From positions 1-28,943 of the IMG/VR virus record IMGVR_UViG_3300024329_000043: 28,943 bases of DNA; one strand, written 5' to 3'. The DNA is from a virus (taxonomy: Duplodnaviria; Caudoviricetes). A model generated the notes under the pieces. That model had not been told where the DNA came from and ran no database searches. It saw only the letters and a list, made by a program, of their open reading frames with translations. Numbering within the stretch: position 1 is the stretch's first letter; each line of letters opens with the position of its first letter. Positions 19,112 to 27,353 of this stretch are shown piece by piece. Both the position numbers and the translations under genes were made by a program.

Positions 19112-19469
19112 TTTTTTTATTTTTAATAAAAATTTGTTTTTTCAATTTGTCTTGTTCTAATTTTTCATGCATCTCTTTAATCAACTCCAGCCGTGATTCT
19201 ATTTTTTTTCTATTAAAGTATTTAGAAAAAGTATTTGTACCAATCCTTTCAAGTTTTTCTGATAAAGAAACTATTAAAGATCTTATTGTTTTAGCTTTTA
19301 CATGCATTACACCTAAACCATCTATATTTATTTTTGTATGTGATAAACTTGAAAGGTTTTTTCTTAAATCTTTATAATAAAAAGTCATAAAATTATCTAC
19401 AAGTGTTTCTGATACATCTAAATCTTCAGAAACATCTTTATATAAATCTTTGGGTTTTTTTGGAATCAT
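19095..19469 (-). CDS. HU/IHF-like DNA-binding protein
   Basis: LYKDVSEDLDVSETLVDNFM...KINIDGLGVMHVK matches the HU/IHF helix-helix then I-x-G-[FL]-G-x-F pattern; basic. Confidence 0.65.
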   Translation of the reverse strand: MIPKKPKDLYKDVSEDLDVSETLVDNFMTFYYKDLRKNLSSLSHTKINIDGLGVMHVKAKTIRSLIVSLSEKLERIGTNTFSKYFNRKKIESRLELIKEMHEKLEQDKLKKQIFIKNKKNEGGE

Positions 19470-19834
19470 CTGCCTAAAAATTTATAATCTAAAAGTACAT
19501 CACCTTCTGTTTGAATCTTTAAACTAGGGTTAATAGATATAACCTTTTTATTTAAAGCATCTGTTACAACTAATCCAATTTTTTTTGCCTTGTTAATTGA
19601 ATTCCTTACTGTTTGTGGTGACTTAAATATTGCATCATCATCCGATGATATATCATTACAAAAATGACTTAGCTCAATACTACCTGTTATACATAACATT
19701 GTTAAACAACTAAGATCAGACTCACTTATCATAATCCCTTTTAAATAACAATGAGTGAGTATTTGAAATTTAACAATATTAGACTTAGACATAAGAGCAT
19801 TTTTCTGAACTCTATTTACTATAGCCATAATCAC
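19466..19834 (-). CDS. Putative winged helix-turn-helix DNA-binding protein
   Basis: ISESDLSCLTML...SPQTVRNSINKAKKIGLV...VISINP resembles a recognition helix plus wing. Confidence 0.55.
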   Translation of the reverse strand: MIMAIVNRVQKNALMSKSNIVKFQILTHCYLKGIMISESDLSCLTMLCITGSIELSHFCNDISSDDDAIFKSPQTVRNSINKAKKIGLVVTDALNKKVISINPSLKIQTEGDVLLDYKFLGR

Positions 19835-20082
19835 TTTTTAGTTTTGGTTTCAAATTCTTGTTCTGGTTTACTTTCTTCTTTTGACTTTTGAATAAGCATT
19901 GCATATTGTATTTGAACACTTGCTCTTTTGAATCTTGCTTCATCAATCTTTAAAAGAGTTTCCTCATACTTTAATTGAGCTTCTAAATAAGGCATTGATT
20001 CTGTATAAAAACCCATCATCTCATCTTTTCTAGCTGTTAACTCTTCTTGTGTTAATTCAACATCATCTTTTAAATTTTCCAT
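19831..20082 (-). CDS. Hypothetical coiled-coil protein (start revised to ATG 20082, 83 aa)
   Basis: The track's TTG start at 20106 lies inside the promoter element; ATG 20082 follows the A-rich leader AAAAATAAAACCA. Confidence 0.65.
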   Translation of the reverse strand: MENLKDDVELTQEELTARKDEMMGFYTESMPYLEAQLKYEETLLKIDEARFKRASVQIQYAMLIQKSKEESKPEQEFETKTKK

Positions 20083-20096
20083 TGGTTTTATTTTTA

Positions 20097-20142
20097 ATTT
20101 AAACAAATATACAAATTAAGTTTAAACCAAAAGAGTTTAAAC
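20097..20142 (-). promoter_or_regulatory. Bacteroidota sigma70-type promoter (-7 TATATTTG at 20104-20111) with GTTTAAAC boxes
   Basis: Exact TAnnTTTG match 21 nt upstream of the ATG, directly after a terminator; upstream TTTG present with a 16-nt spacer, shorter than usual. Confidence 0.6.
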
Positions 20143-20170
20143 AAAAAAACCTAGATTATCAGTCTAGGTT
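20143..20170 (-). terminator. Rho-independent terminator ending the lysis block
   Basis: AACCTAGA-CTGATAA-TCTAGGTT followed by TTTTT. Confidence 0.8.
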
Positions 20171-20193
20171 CATTATTGTAAAATTTATTTAAA

Positions 20194-20871
20194 TTAAAGT
20201 CTTTTTAACATTTTAATTAATTTAGGCTGAGGACTTACATCTATTTTATCTTTCCTATATGAATTATGGGAATATAAGCCTGATAATCCTTTAAGAGCTT
20301 CTGTTGAGACCTGCCACATATTTTCAGGCTTATATGTAATATCAATTCCATAGTTTATTTTCCAAAAAATAAGTAATTGTTTTACTGATTCTATTTGAGC
20401 ATCTGTATATGCATGAAAATACTTATGTCCTTTATAAGCTATATCTAATTCACAGACCTCTTCTAAAGGAACCTCACTATCTACGTAATTGTAAAATTTA
20501 CTGCCTCTTTTTTCTAACTGTCCCCAGTTACATATTTCTATCCCAATTGATAATTTATCCAAGTTTTTCCAAGATAAACCTTTAGCTTTAAAAACTTCAG
20601 ATTTAACTCCTAAATGATATGCCCAATATTTTGATGAAAAACATTGTACAATTTCACCATCATATGAATTTTTTGCACCTTTTCCTGAGATCAATACACA
20701 AGTTGCTATTCTACCTCTTTTGTCACGGTTCCATTCTGTAGCTACGTTTTTTGCTGAAGATGATCCTGCAGTATGATGTAATACAATTTGTTTTTTTGAT
20801 GTAGCTTCTCTAAGATATTCTTTAGTATTTAAAAGGGCTTGAAAAATTTTTGATGTGTCTAAAGTATTCAT
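20194..20871 (-). CDS. Endolysin, N-acetylmuramoyl-L-alanine amidase (Amidase_2-like)
   Basis: IVLHHTAG, WAYHLG, SIGIEICN, YTDAQIES, SHNSYRKDKIDVSP Zn-amidase motifs. Confidence 0.85.
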   Translation of the reverse strand: MNTLDTSKIFQALLNTKEYLREATSKKQIVLHHTAGSSSAKNVATEWNRDKRGRIATCVLISGKGAKNSYDGEIVQCFSSKYWAYHLGVKSEVFKAKGLSWKNLDKLSIGIEICNWGQLEKRGSKFYNYVDSEVPLEEVCELDIAYKGHKYFHAYTDAQIESVKQLLIFWKINYGIDITYKPENMWQVSTEALKGLSGLYSHNSYRKDKIDVSPQPKLIKMLKRL

Positions 20872-21338
20872 AATAGTTTTTGTATTTTATTTGCTAAGTT
20901 AATAATAAGAAAATAAACAATTAAACCTAAAATGAATCCTAACCAAAACTTCCACCAGCTAGACTGAGATTTGATTGTTTTAACTTCTATTTTTGCTGCT
21001 TTACGTACCTCTACACGCTTAGTTTTTTCTTTAGCTACTTTTACTTCTCCAGCAACGTCAATTGCTTTACGCTTAGTTTTTTCTTCTTGCCTGACCTCAA
21101 CTTTAGATTTGGGAAAGTTCACTACCGTCTTAAAGATGATTGAATCCTTGTAGTTAATCTTGTAGCTTGTTATAGTGCTATCCTTATAATGGATTACTGT
21201 GGAATCAAGGAATGCAATTTTAATTGGAATAGAGTCATTCTCTACAGTCATACCTCTTTTTATAGCAAGGTTGTATAACTTCTCAGGACTCCTACATGAG
21301 GAAATAATTAACAATAGACTAATTAATAGTACTTTCAT
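20868..21338 (-). CDS. Candidate unimolecular spanin
   Basis: Lipoprotein signal MKVLLISLLLIISS|C plus C-terminal TM helix WWKFWLGFILGLIVYFLII; adjacent to the endolysin. Confidence 0.65.
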   Translation of the reverse strand: MKVLLISLLLIISSCRSPEKLYNLAIKRGMTVENDSIPIKIAFLDSTVIHYKDSTITSYKINYKDSIIFKTVVNFPKSKVEVRQEEKTKRKAIDVAGEVKVAKEKTKRVEVRKAAKIEVKTIKSQSSWWKFWLGFILGLIVYFLIINLANKIQKLL

Positions 21339-21600
21339 TTTTGTTTAGTTTCTTTGAGTAAGCATCTGTAACTTTTGTACCTAAAGCAACTCCACACATT
21401 GTAACAAATACATCATAACGGAATCCTTCTTTGTACAGGTCAAATATAACCATAAAAACTACAAGAATCCAAGCACTAAACATAGTTAATGAAGTTCTAC
21501 TCCACTCTCTAATACCATTAACTTTTTTCTTAAGTGTTTCTCTTGATATGTTTCTAATTAAATAAAAAAGTTCATTAAAGTATTTACTTTTCTTTTTCAT
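21319..21600 (-). CDS. Small two-TM membrane protein, holin/antiholin-like
   Basis: 93 aa, two hydrophobic segments, basic termini, within the lysis block. Confidence 0.5.
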   Translation of the reverse strand: MKKKSKYFNELFYLIRNISRETLKKKVNGIREWSRTSLTMFSAWILVVFMVIFDLYKEGFRYDVFVTMCGVALGTKVTDAYSKKLNKNESTIN

Positions 21601-22120
21601 CAGCTTTTGTTTTTGTCATATCAATAAGGGCCTTTAAACCAAATCTCTTTCTAAGTGTACTTACTAATGATTTAGGAAGAAACCCTATTTCACCTAAATT
21701 TTCTAATAAAGATACAAAGTAAACACTATATAACCCTGTCATTACTAAGCCAGGAAGAAGATAAAATAGCATATTAGATTTTGCCATCCACCAACTGATG
21801 CTTAATATAAATGTGGTAGCTAAAAAAAATAAAGGCATTCTTAGTATTTTATAAGATTCAAAGTTGCCAGAGCTCATAGATTTTATAATACCTGTAATCC
21901 AATCTCCAATCATTAAAGCATATAAAGTATAAACTGCTTGATAAGAATCCCAAACATATCCTGTAATAAAAGTTGTTAAACCTCCTGTTATAGCAAATGT
22001 TGATGTAAAACTCCAGTGTTTAAATTTTAAAAATGATGAAATGAAATCATCTATTGATACAAATCCTAAAAAGTGTTTTTGAGGATCTTGGTTTTGAATT
22101 ATTGATTTTATAAATTTCAT
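21584..22120 (-). CDS. Holin-like multi-TM protein (holin family 4-like); alternative in-frame ATG at 22141
   Basis: DWITGIIKS and SLLENLGEIG motifs, 3-4 TM segments, charged C-terminus. Confidence 0.65.
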   Translation of the reverse strand: MKFIKSIIQNQDPQKHFLGFVSIDDFISSFLKFKHWSFTSTFAITGGLTTFITGYVWDSYQAVYTLYALMIGDWITGIIKSMSSGNFESYKILRMPLFFLATTFILSISWWMAKSNMLFYLLPGLVMTGLYSVYFVSLLENLGEIGFLPKSLVSTLRKRFGLKALIDMTKTKADEKEK

Positions 22121-22122
22121 AA

Positions 22123-22164
22123 TGTATCTTATCTTAAGCATATAAGTATTAAAGATAAGATACA
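22123..22164. repeat. 13-bp perfect inverted repeat (TGTATCTTATCTT / AAGATAAGATACA), 16-nt spacer
   Basis: Arms at 22123-22135 and 22152-22164, ending 2 nt before the holin-like ATG. Confidence 0.85.
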
Positions 22165-22200
22165 AAATTTTTTCCTGAACTAATTAGGATTTTTTTTAAT

Positions 22201-22680
22201 TTATGTTTTTTTCCACTCCATTTTTATACATTCTTTAACAACATCATCAGGAGTATAATCCTGAAAGTTATCAAACCTATATAACCACGCAACATATTCT
22301 GAACAAGTCATTTTACTTGTTTCATCTTTATGCTTATCTAAAGTCAACTTCTTACCAAAAATTTTCTCTCTGATTATCTTAATTGGTTGACGAATAAGCA
22401 ATGATACTCTATCATATCTAACTACTCCTGATACAGAAAGTATCTCGGATAATCTAACTCTATCAAACGGTTCATATACTTCATAAGTATAATTGTATTT
22501 CTTTTGCCAATTATCATAAGCAATTAGAATGCAACCTTCTTTTTGCATCTCTGCAATATAAACATCACCATTAATATTAACCGCTACTGATACATGACTG
22601 TACTTGCTATTGGTAAATTTCATTATTAACTTACTTAATAATCTATTACCTTTACATGCTATTATATCTCCTGTTTTCAT
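22201..22680 (-). CDS. Permuted papain-like (NlpC/P60, YiiX/YaeF C92-like) amidase
   Basis: N-terminal KTGDII and YSHVSV (His) precede C-terminal TCSEYVAW (Cys) and TPDD, the permuted order. Confidence 0.75.
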   Translation of the reverse strand: MKTGDIIACKGNRLLSKLIMKFTNSKYSHVSVAVNINGDVYIAEMQKEGCILIAYDNWQKKYNYTYEVYEPFDRVRLSEILSVSGVVRYDRVSLLIRQPIKIIREKIFGKKLTLDKHKDETSKMTCSEYVAWLYRFDNFQDYTPDDVVKECIKMEWKKT

Positions 22681-23354
22681 TTGTAACTTAAAATTGTAAA
22701 CCTACCATTTAAAGACTCGAATGTAGTCTGCATATCTTTTGGTAACAAGTCAACCCCCATAGCAAACATATCAAAACAAGCTAACACACGTTTAAAATTA
22801 GTATCGTGATATGAAGCTGAAAAAATAGCATCTATTCTATTGGCAAAACTTTGAACCACATCAAACCGAAAACGTTCAAATAATTCAACAATGTAGTCTA
22901 CATCGTCAACATCTAAGCCTTTACTTAACCAATGTGTAGTAATTTTTTCAACATAATCAACGTGCATTTCATTCATTTCTTTAAGCATTAAAGACTTTAA
23001 CTCATCAACATTCATTATATCTAAGTTTATCTCTAATAACTCTTCAAATCGTTGGTAACATACCTCAGATTTAAAATTAGTAAAATCATAACACATCTTA
23101 GTTTTTACAGCATCGTATTTACCATGTGAATAAAACCTCATGTTTTTAACTTCTAATTTAACACGTTGCAAAGTGTTGAATAAGTCATGATTAATTAAGT
23201 CTTTAATATTTCTGTCTTTTTTAGACTTAAACTTAATTAATAGTTCTGATATAGGTTTCTTGTAAAAATATGAAACAACAAAAATTAGCAGAAGAATGAA
23301 TATCATCCATCCGCTAAGATTGTATTTTGCTATTTCCTTAAATAAAGTTTCCAT
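22677..23354 (-). CDS. Hypothetical protein with N-terminal TM helix and helical soluble domain
   Basis: WMIFILLLIFVVSYFY followed by a Lys-rich segment; 225 aa. Confidence 0.55.
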   Translation of the reverse strand: METLFKEIAKYNLSGWMIFILLLIFVVSYFYKKPISELLIKFKSKKDRNIKDLINHDLFNTLQRVKLEVKNMRFYSHGKYDAVKTKMCYDFTNFKSEVCYQRFEELLEINLDIMNVDELKSLMLKEMNEMHVDYVEKITTHWLSKGLDVDDVDYIVELFERFRFDVVQSFANRIDAIFSASYHDTNFKRVLACFDMFAMGVDLLPKDMQTTFESLNGRFTILSYK

Positions 23355-23554
23355 TATATCTCTTGTTCAGTCCAATTAGGTTTTGCCATTTCAACTAATA
23401 TTTCAGCGTGTGTGAAATCTGTGAAAGTTTCTCCCTCAACTAAAAAGAATTGTCCGTCTAAAGACTTTCTTACTGTGTCCTTTGTTGAATAACCACTACA
23501 AAGTGAGTAGTCAAACGTTTCTAATTCTTCTATTGGTTTAATTGCGTATCCCAT
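23354..23554 (-). CDS. Small acidic protein following the LamG adhesin (possible fibre chaperone/accessory)
   Basis: 66 aa, TVRKSLDG...THAEIL...W; role inferred from position. Confidence 0.5.
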   Translation of the reverse strand: MGYAIKPIEELETFDYSLCSGYSTKDTVRKSLDGQFFLVEGETFTDFTHAEILVEMAKPNWTEQEI

Positions 23555-23568
23555 TTTTATTTATTTAT

Positions 23569-25557
23569 TTATGAATATTGTAATGCTGAACCACCGTTAT
23601 ATAATTCTGTTTTTTCACTTGGTGTAAGAACTCTATTCCATATACCTATTTCATCTACAACCCCTCCAAAATAATTACCAGAACCCAATGCTCCGACCTT
23701 AAAAGTTTCTATATTTGATATAGAAGAAACTAAGCCATCACTTCTAGTGTTTATTGAAGATGAGGTATTATTAATATCTATTGTTATTCCTGATGCAAGT
23801 TGAGTACCATCATAACTAACTGTTATCATAGATAAAGTTGAAGTTGTATAAGTGTCTATTGAATTACATCTAATTCTGTCAGATATAGTGTCATGTGCGA
23901 GTTGAAATTCAATAGTATTATCAGCATTTATCATTATTGAATAACCTGTAAAATCTCCTGTTGACCGTCTTTTAGAAAATAAATATCTAAAAGACGAAGT
24001 AGATGTATTTATCCAAAAATTAAAGCTAAAAGGAGTTGTACCATCAAAATCTAATACGTTACCCATGTCAACATAATCATTAACACCATCTAAACTAAAC
24101 CCTTGATTAATTATTCCAGTGCCATAAGTTGCACCATTAACAAGTGTACCGTTGTTACTACCTATTGCATCGTTAGGAGTGTTATCTGCTGTGTAGTAAG
24201 CTAGTAAATCATCCCATACTGCATCTATCCCATTACCATTTGGATACTGTAAACCTACTGTTGAATTATATAATTGTGATATTTTTGAAGGAGATAAAGC
24301 ACTATCCCAAATACTCACTTCATCTATCAACCCATCATAAACACCATTAGTAGCACCATTAGAACCTATATACATATTACTGCCACCTGCAGCTCCAACT
24401 GATAGACTTCCTGTGTGTAAAAGAGAACCATTTACATAAAAATCAACATTATTTGAACCGCCACTTCTATATACAATAGTAATCATTTGCCATACACCAG
24501 TAGATATAGTTATACCACTTTTTAAATCATTATTAACTGAAGCTCTAAAGAATGTTAAATTTCCACCAGGTCTTAAACCAATCCCAGGTCCTTGTGTTCC
24601 TGAAGGTATATGTAAAAACATACAGAATCCAGGTAGAGAAGATGGTTTAATCCACATATTATACGTTGTATCTGTGGCAAAATTATGTGAAGGTGATGTA
24701 GTAGTTATACTTTGAGTTAAACTTCTATCGAATGAAAACGCTGAATCTATTATACCTGTATCATAAGTTGTTCCGTTATTAAGAGTTCCAGTATAACCAG
24801 CTATTTCATCATAAGCTGTATTATTAGCTTTAAAATATGATAACGCTCCACTCCAAAACGCATCTATACCTGTTGGGTATTGTTTTCCTGAACCTGAGTT
24901 GTATAATTCTGTTACTTCTGATTGTGTTAGTTCTCTATCCCAAATGCCTACTTCATCAATTAAACCATTGAAGTAGTTACTTGTGCCTAAGTAAGTACCT
25001 AGATAAGTGCTTGAAGTACCTGTTCCGTCAGTCCAAGAAATAGAACTTGAACCAACATTTACCCCATTTTTATAAAGATTAACATTTCCAGCACCATCGT
25101 AAGTCATTGCACAATGAATCCAAGTATTTAGAGTTATAAAACCTCCTGATGGTGAAGAGAATATAGTAGTAACACCTTGGTAGGTCATACCTAAGTTATT
25201 ACCAGATGTAACAATCATACAAGTTCCCATACCAACATTACCATTCTGAATGATAAATTTTTGACCATTAACAGTTTTATATACCCAAGCAGAATAAGAA
25301 TGAGCAGAAGTTGGTGCCGAAAAAGAAGAACCGAAAGTTGGTAAAATTGATACATAATCATTAACCCCATCTAAACTAAAACCTTGATTAATAATACCAG
25401 TACCATAAGTTGTACCGTTAGTCATTGTTCCATTATGATTACCTAAAGTATCATTAGGTGTATTATCCGCAGTGTAGTATGCTTGTAAGTCATTCCATAA
25501 AGAACTGACTGTACTAGACGGTCTCCACATCATCATATTATTAATTGCTCTGTACAT
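23569..25557 (-). CDS. Triple LamG/concanavalin A-like domain protein, putative adhesin
   Basis: Three repeats AYY...NGT..NG.TY.TGII...FS.D...W.H/M...Y...F.G.IDEV.IW.R.L...E...LYN. Confidence 0.8.
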   Translation of the reverse strand: MYRAINNMMMWRPSSTVSSLWNDLQAYYTADNTPNDTLGNHNGTMTNGTTYGTGIINQGFSLDGVNDYVSILPTFGSSFSAPTSAHSYSAWVYKTVNGQKFIIQNGNVGMGTCMIVTSGNNLGMTYQGVTTIFSSPSGGFITLNTWIHCAMTYDGAGNVNLYKNGVNVGSSSISWTDGTGTSSTYLGTYLGTSNYFNGLIDEVGIWDRELTQSEVTELYNSGSGKQYPTGIDAFWSGALSYFKANNTAYDEIAGYTGTLNNGTTYDTGIIDSAFSFDRSLTQSITTTSPSHNFATDTTYNMWIKPSSLPGFCMFLHIPSGTQGPGIGLRPGGNLTFFRASVNNDLKSGITISTGVWQMITIVYRSGGSNNVDFYVNGSLLHTGSLSVGAAGGSNMYIGSNGATNGVYDGLIDEVSIWDSALSPSKISQLYNSTVGLQYPNGNGIDAVWDDLLAYYTADNTPNDAIGSNNGTLVNGATYGTGIINQGFSLDGVNDYVDMGNVLDFDGTTPFSFNFWINTSTSSFRYLFSKRRSTGDFTGYSIMINADNTIEFQLAHDTISDRIRCNSIDTYTTSTLSMITVSYDGTQLASGITIDINNTSSSINTRSDGLVSSISNIETFKVGALGSGNYFGGVVDEIGIWNRVLTPSEKTELYNGGSALQYS

Positions 25558-25559
25558 AA

Positions 25560-25778
25560 TTATATTTTTACAGCATCTCCTTTATACAATTCATTCTCTA
25601 AATTTGACGTTATTGTAAAATTAGTTAAATAAGAATTAACAATAATGTCCATTTGCTGTTTAGTTTCCAAAACATTATTATATGAAAAACTTAAAACTTG
25701 CTCATTGTGTTTTACATTAAAAATAATCTTTGTTCCTTTTGTGTTGAGTTCGTTTTCTAACCCTGTAAAATCTTCCAT
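25560..25778 (-). CDS. Small acidic hypothetical protein
   Basis: 72 aa, tiles between adhesin-like genes. Confidence 0.55.
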   Translation of the reverse strand: MEDFTGLENELNTKGTKIIFNVKHNEQVLSFSYNNVLETKQQMDIIVNSYLTNFTITSNLENELYKGDAVKI

Positions 25779-25782
25779 AATA

Positions 25783-26424
25783 TTAATAATTAAGTTTTAA
25801 ATGTGGTCTTAAATTCTGCCTACTAATTGAAGTTGGAAATGAACTATCAGAATAGTCAAAAGCACCTCTTTGATTACTTGATGAAGTTGAATCAGTATCC
25901 CAAAATGGATAACTACTTAAATCGTATGCCCCCATATTGTTTACCCACATTACAACAACATTATCTGTACCATTGTAACAAAAATTATCTGTAAAGTTTA
26001 AATTCTTCCAACCTGCTGATGCTGTTTGATAAAAACTTGAATCAAATACAGTTGTTTCATCATTTACAACAAGTGAACCGTTTGCACCTACTAATGTTAG
26101 ATTGTTCCCACTACCCGATGTGTTTACCGTACCTGGAAGTGTACTTGCAGATGTATGATAAATTTTTATAGTTTGATTAAGCTGTGTTATACCATTTGGT
26201 TCTGTATATGCCTTAGAAAGTTGTAATCCTGTAAACTGTTTACTAGCTCCCAACTCTGATGCGGTCATTATCCAAATACCTAATGAATATCTATAATAAC
26301 CACTATAAGGTGTGTAAGAATTAACTGAACCTGTACCATTAATGACTGTGTAATCAGTTCCAACAATAGGTGCGCAACCTTGTCCTTTTGCATACGATAA
26401 AATTCCATGTGTTGATAAAATCAT
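25783..26424 (-). CDS. Beta-sandwich domain protein, putative fibre tip/adhesin
   Basis: IMTASELG...ITQ...GWKNLNFTDNFCYNGTDNVVV...RPHLKL resembles domains of Bacteroidota secreted surface proteins. Confidence 0.5.
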   Translation of the reverse strand: MILSTHGILSYAKGQGCAPIVGTDYTVINGTGSVNSYTPYSGYYRYSLGIWIMTASELGASKQFTGLQLSKAYTEPNGITQLNQTIKIYHTSASTLPGTVNTSGSGNNLTLVGANGSLVVNDETTVFDSSFYQTASAGWKNLNFTDNFCYNGTDNVVVMWVNNMGAYDLSSYPFWDTDSTSSSNQRGAFDYSDSSFPTSISRQNLRPHLKLNY

Positions 26425-26434
26425 AATTACAAAT

Positions 26435-27352
26435 TTAACTTAAATTACCACCTAAAGACCAAGTATTTGTATCTGTTTTTATCAAAGTAAACAATGAAAA
26501 CTGACCTAATGATATAGTTCTATTTAAATATGATTCTATTGTAACTCCACCTGTTGGTAAATTGGAATTAAAACCAAAAAATGTTGTAATTCCAACACCG
26601 GCTTGTTTAACTAAAATTTGAGTACCTATCGGAAATGCAACAGAACTATTTAATGGTATAACCAAAGTATTTGCGTTTGCATTATCCATAGAAACTAATT
26701 TGTCAGCATCACTTAATTGAAGTGTATAAACACCACCACTTTGAGCGTTTTCAGTTATTAACTTATCAGTCTTAGTTCCTACTGCCTCTATTATTTCATT
26801 CAAGGCATCCATTAAATCTGTTTGATTTGATAATGTTCCTGTTATATCCCCCCATGCAATAGAACTTGTTGAACCACTATTAGCTATTGTGTCAAACTTA
26901 TCATCTGCTAAGTTATAAGTACAACCTATATATGTCCATTCTCCAACTACTGTTGTAGCAGGTAAAGTATCTCCTAAAGTTCTAAACTTAGCACCGTAAG
27001 TAATAGCTCTAGCTGTACCATTATCATAAACTCTTATGAGAAAGTTTTGACCATCTGCATAAGTACCTGTTGGATTAGATATTGTTAAAGCTTCTGCTTG
27101 TGCTGTTACTTGTACTAAATCATCAGCACTTGTAGGTGTTAATGTAGCTGTAGATGTTGTTGTTTGAATAGAAGGTACATATTTAAACTTATCTTGAACT
27201 ATACCATTACTATCTTTAAAATATACAATTTCTGTTGCTATATCATAGAAATATGTACTATTAGATACACTAGCCCAATCAGCTGAATCTGCGGTTGTAT
27301 GAGTGTACTTAACACCTGCAACCATTTTTGTTGTTGTTGCTACTACTGCCAT
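26435..27352 (-). CDS. Putative tail fibre/adaptor protein with two beta modules
   Basis: Module A (LTISNPTGTYADGQNFLIRVYDNGTARAITYG...LPATTV) and module B (YTLQLSDADKLV...IPLNSSVAFPIGTQI...LIKTDTNTWSLGGNL) joined by WGDITGTLSNQTDL, all typical of phage fibres. Confidence 0.65.
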   Translation of the reverse strand: MAVVATTTKMVAGVKYTHTTADSADWASVSNSTYFYDIATEIVYFKDSNGIVQDKFKYVPSIQTTTSTATLTPTSADDLVQVTAQAEALTISNPTGTYADGQNFLIRVYDNGTARAITYGAKFRTLGDTLPATTVVGEWTYIGCTYNLADDKFDTIANSGSTSSIAWGDITGTLSNQTDLMDALNEIIEAVGTKTDKLITENAQSGGVYTLQLSDADKLVSMDNANANTLVIPLNSSVAFPIGTQILVKQAGVGITTFFGFNSNLPTGGVTIESYLNRTISLGQFSLFTLIKTDTNTWSLGGNLS

Positions 27353-27353
27353 C

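Noticed and set aside
20083-20106. TTG start for the 91-aa ORF, and similarly TTG 22165 for the holin-like ORF
   Set aside because: Both fall within promoter-like or hairpin sequence; downstream ATGs give more plausible starts
24071-25412. Possible diversity-generating retroelement template/variable repeat pair
   Set aside because: Both copies are coding, differences are synonymous third-position changes rather than coding-strand adenine-specific, and no reverse transcriptase is in the window
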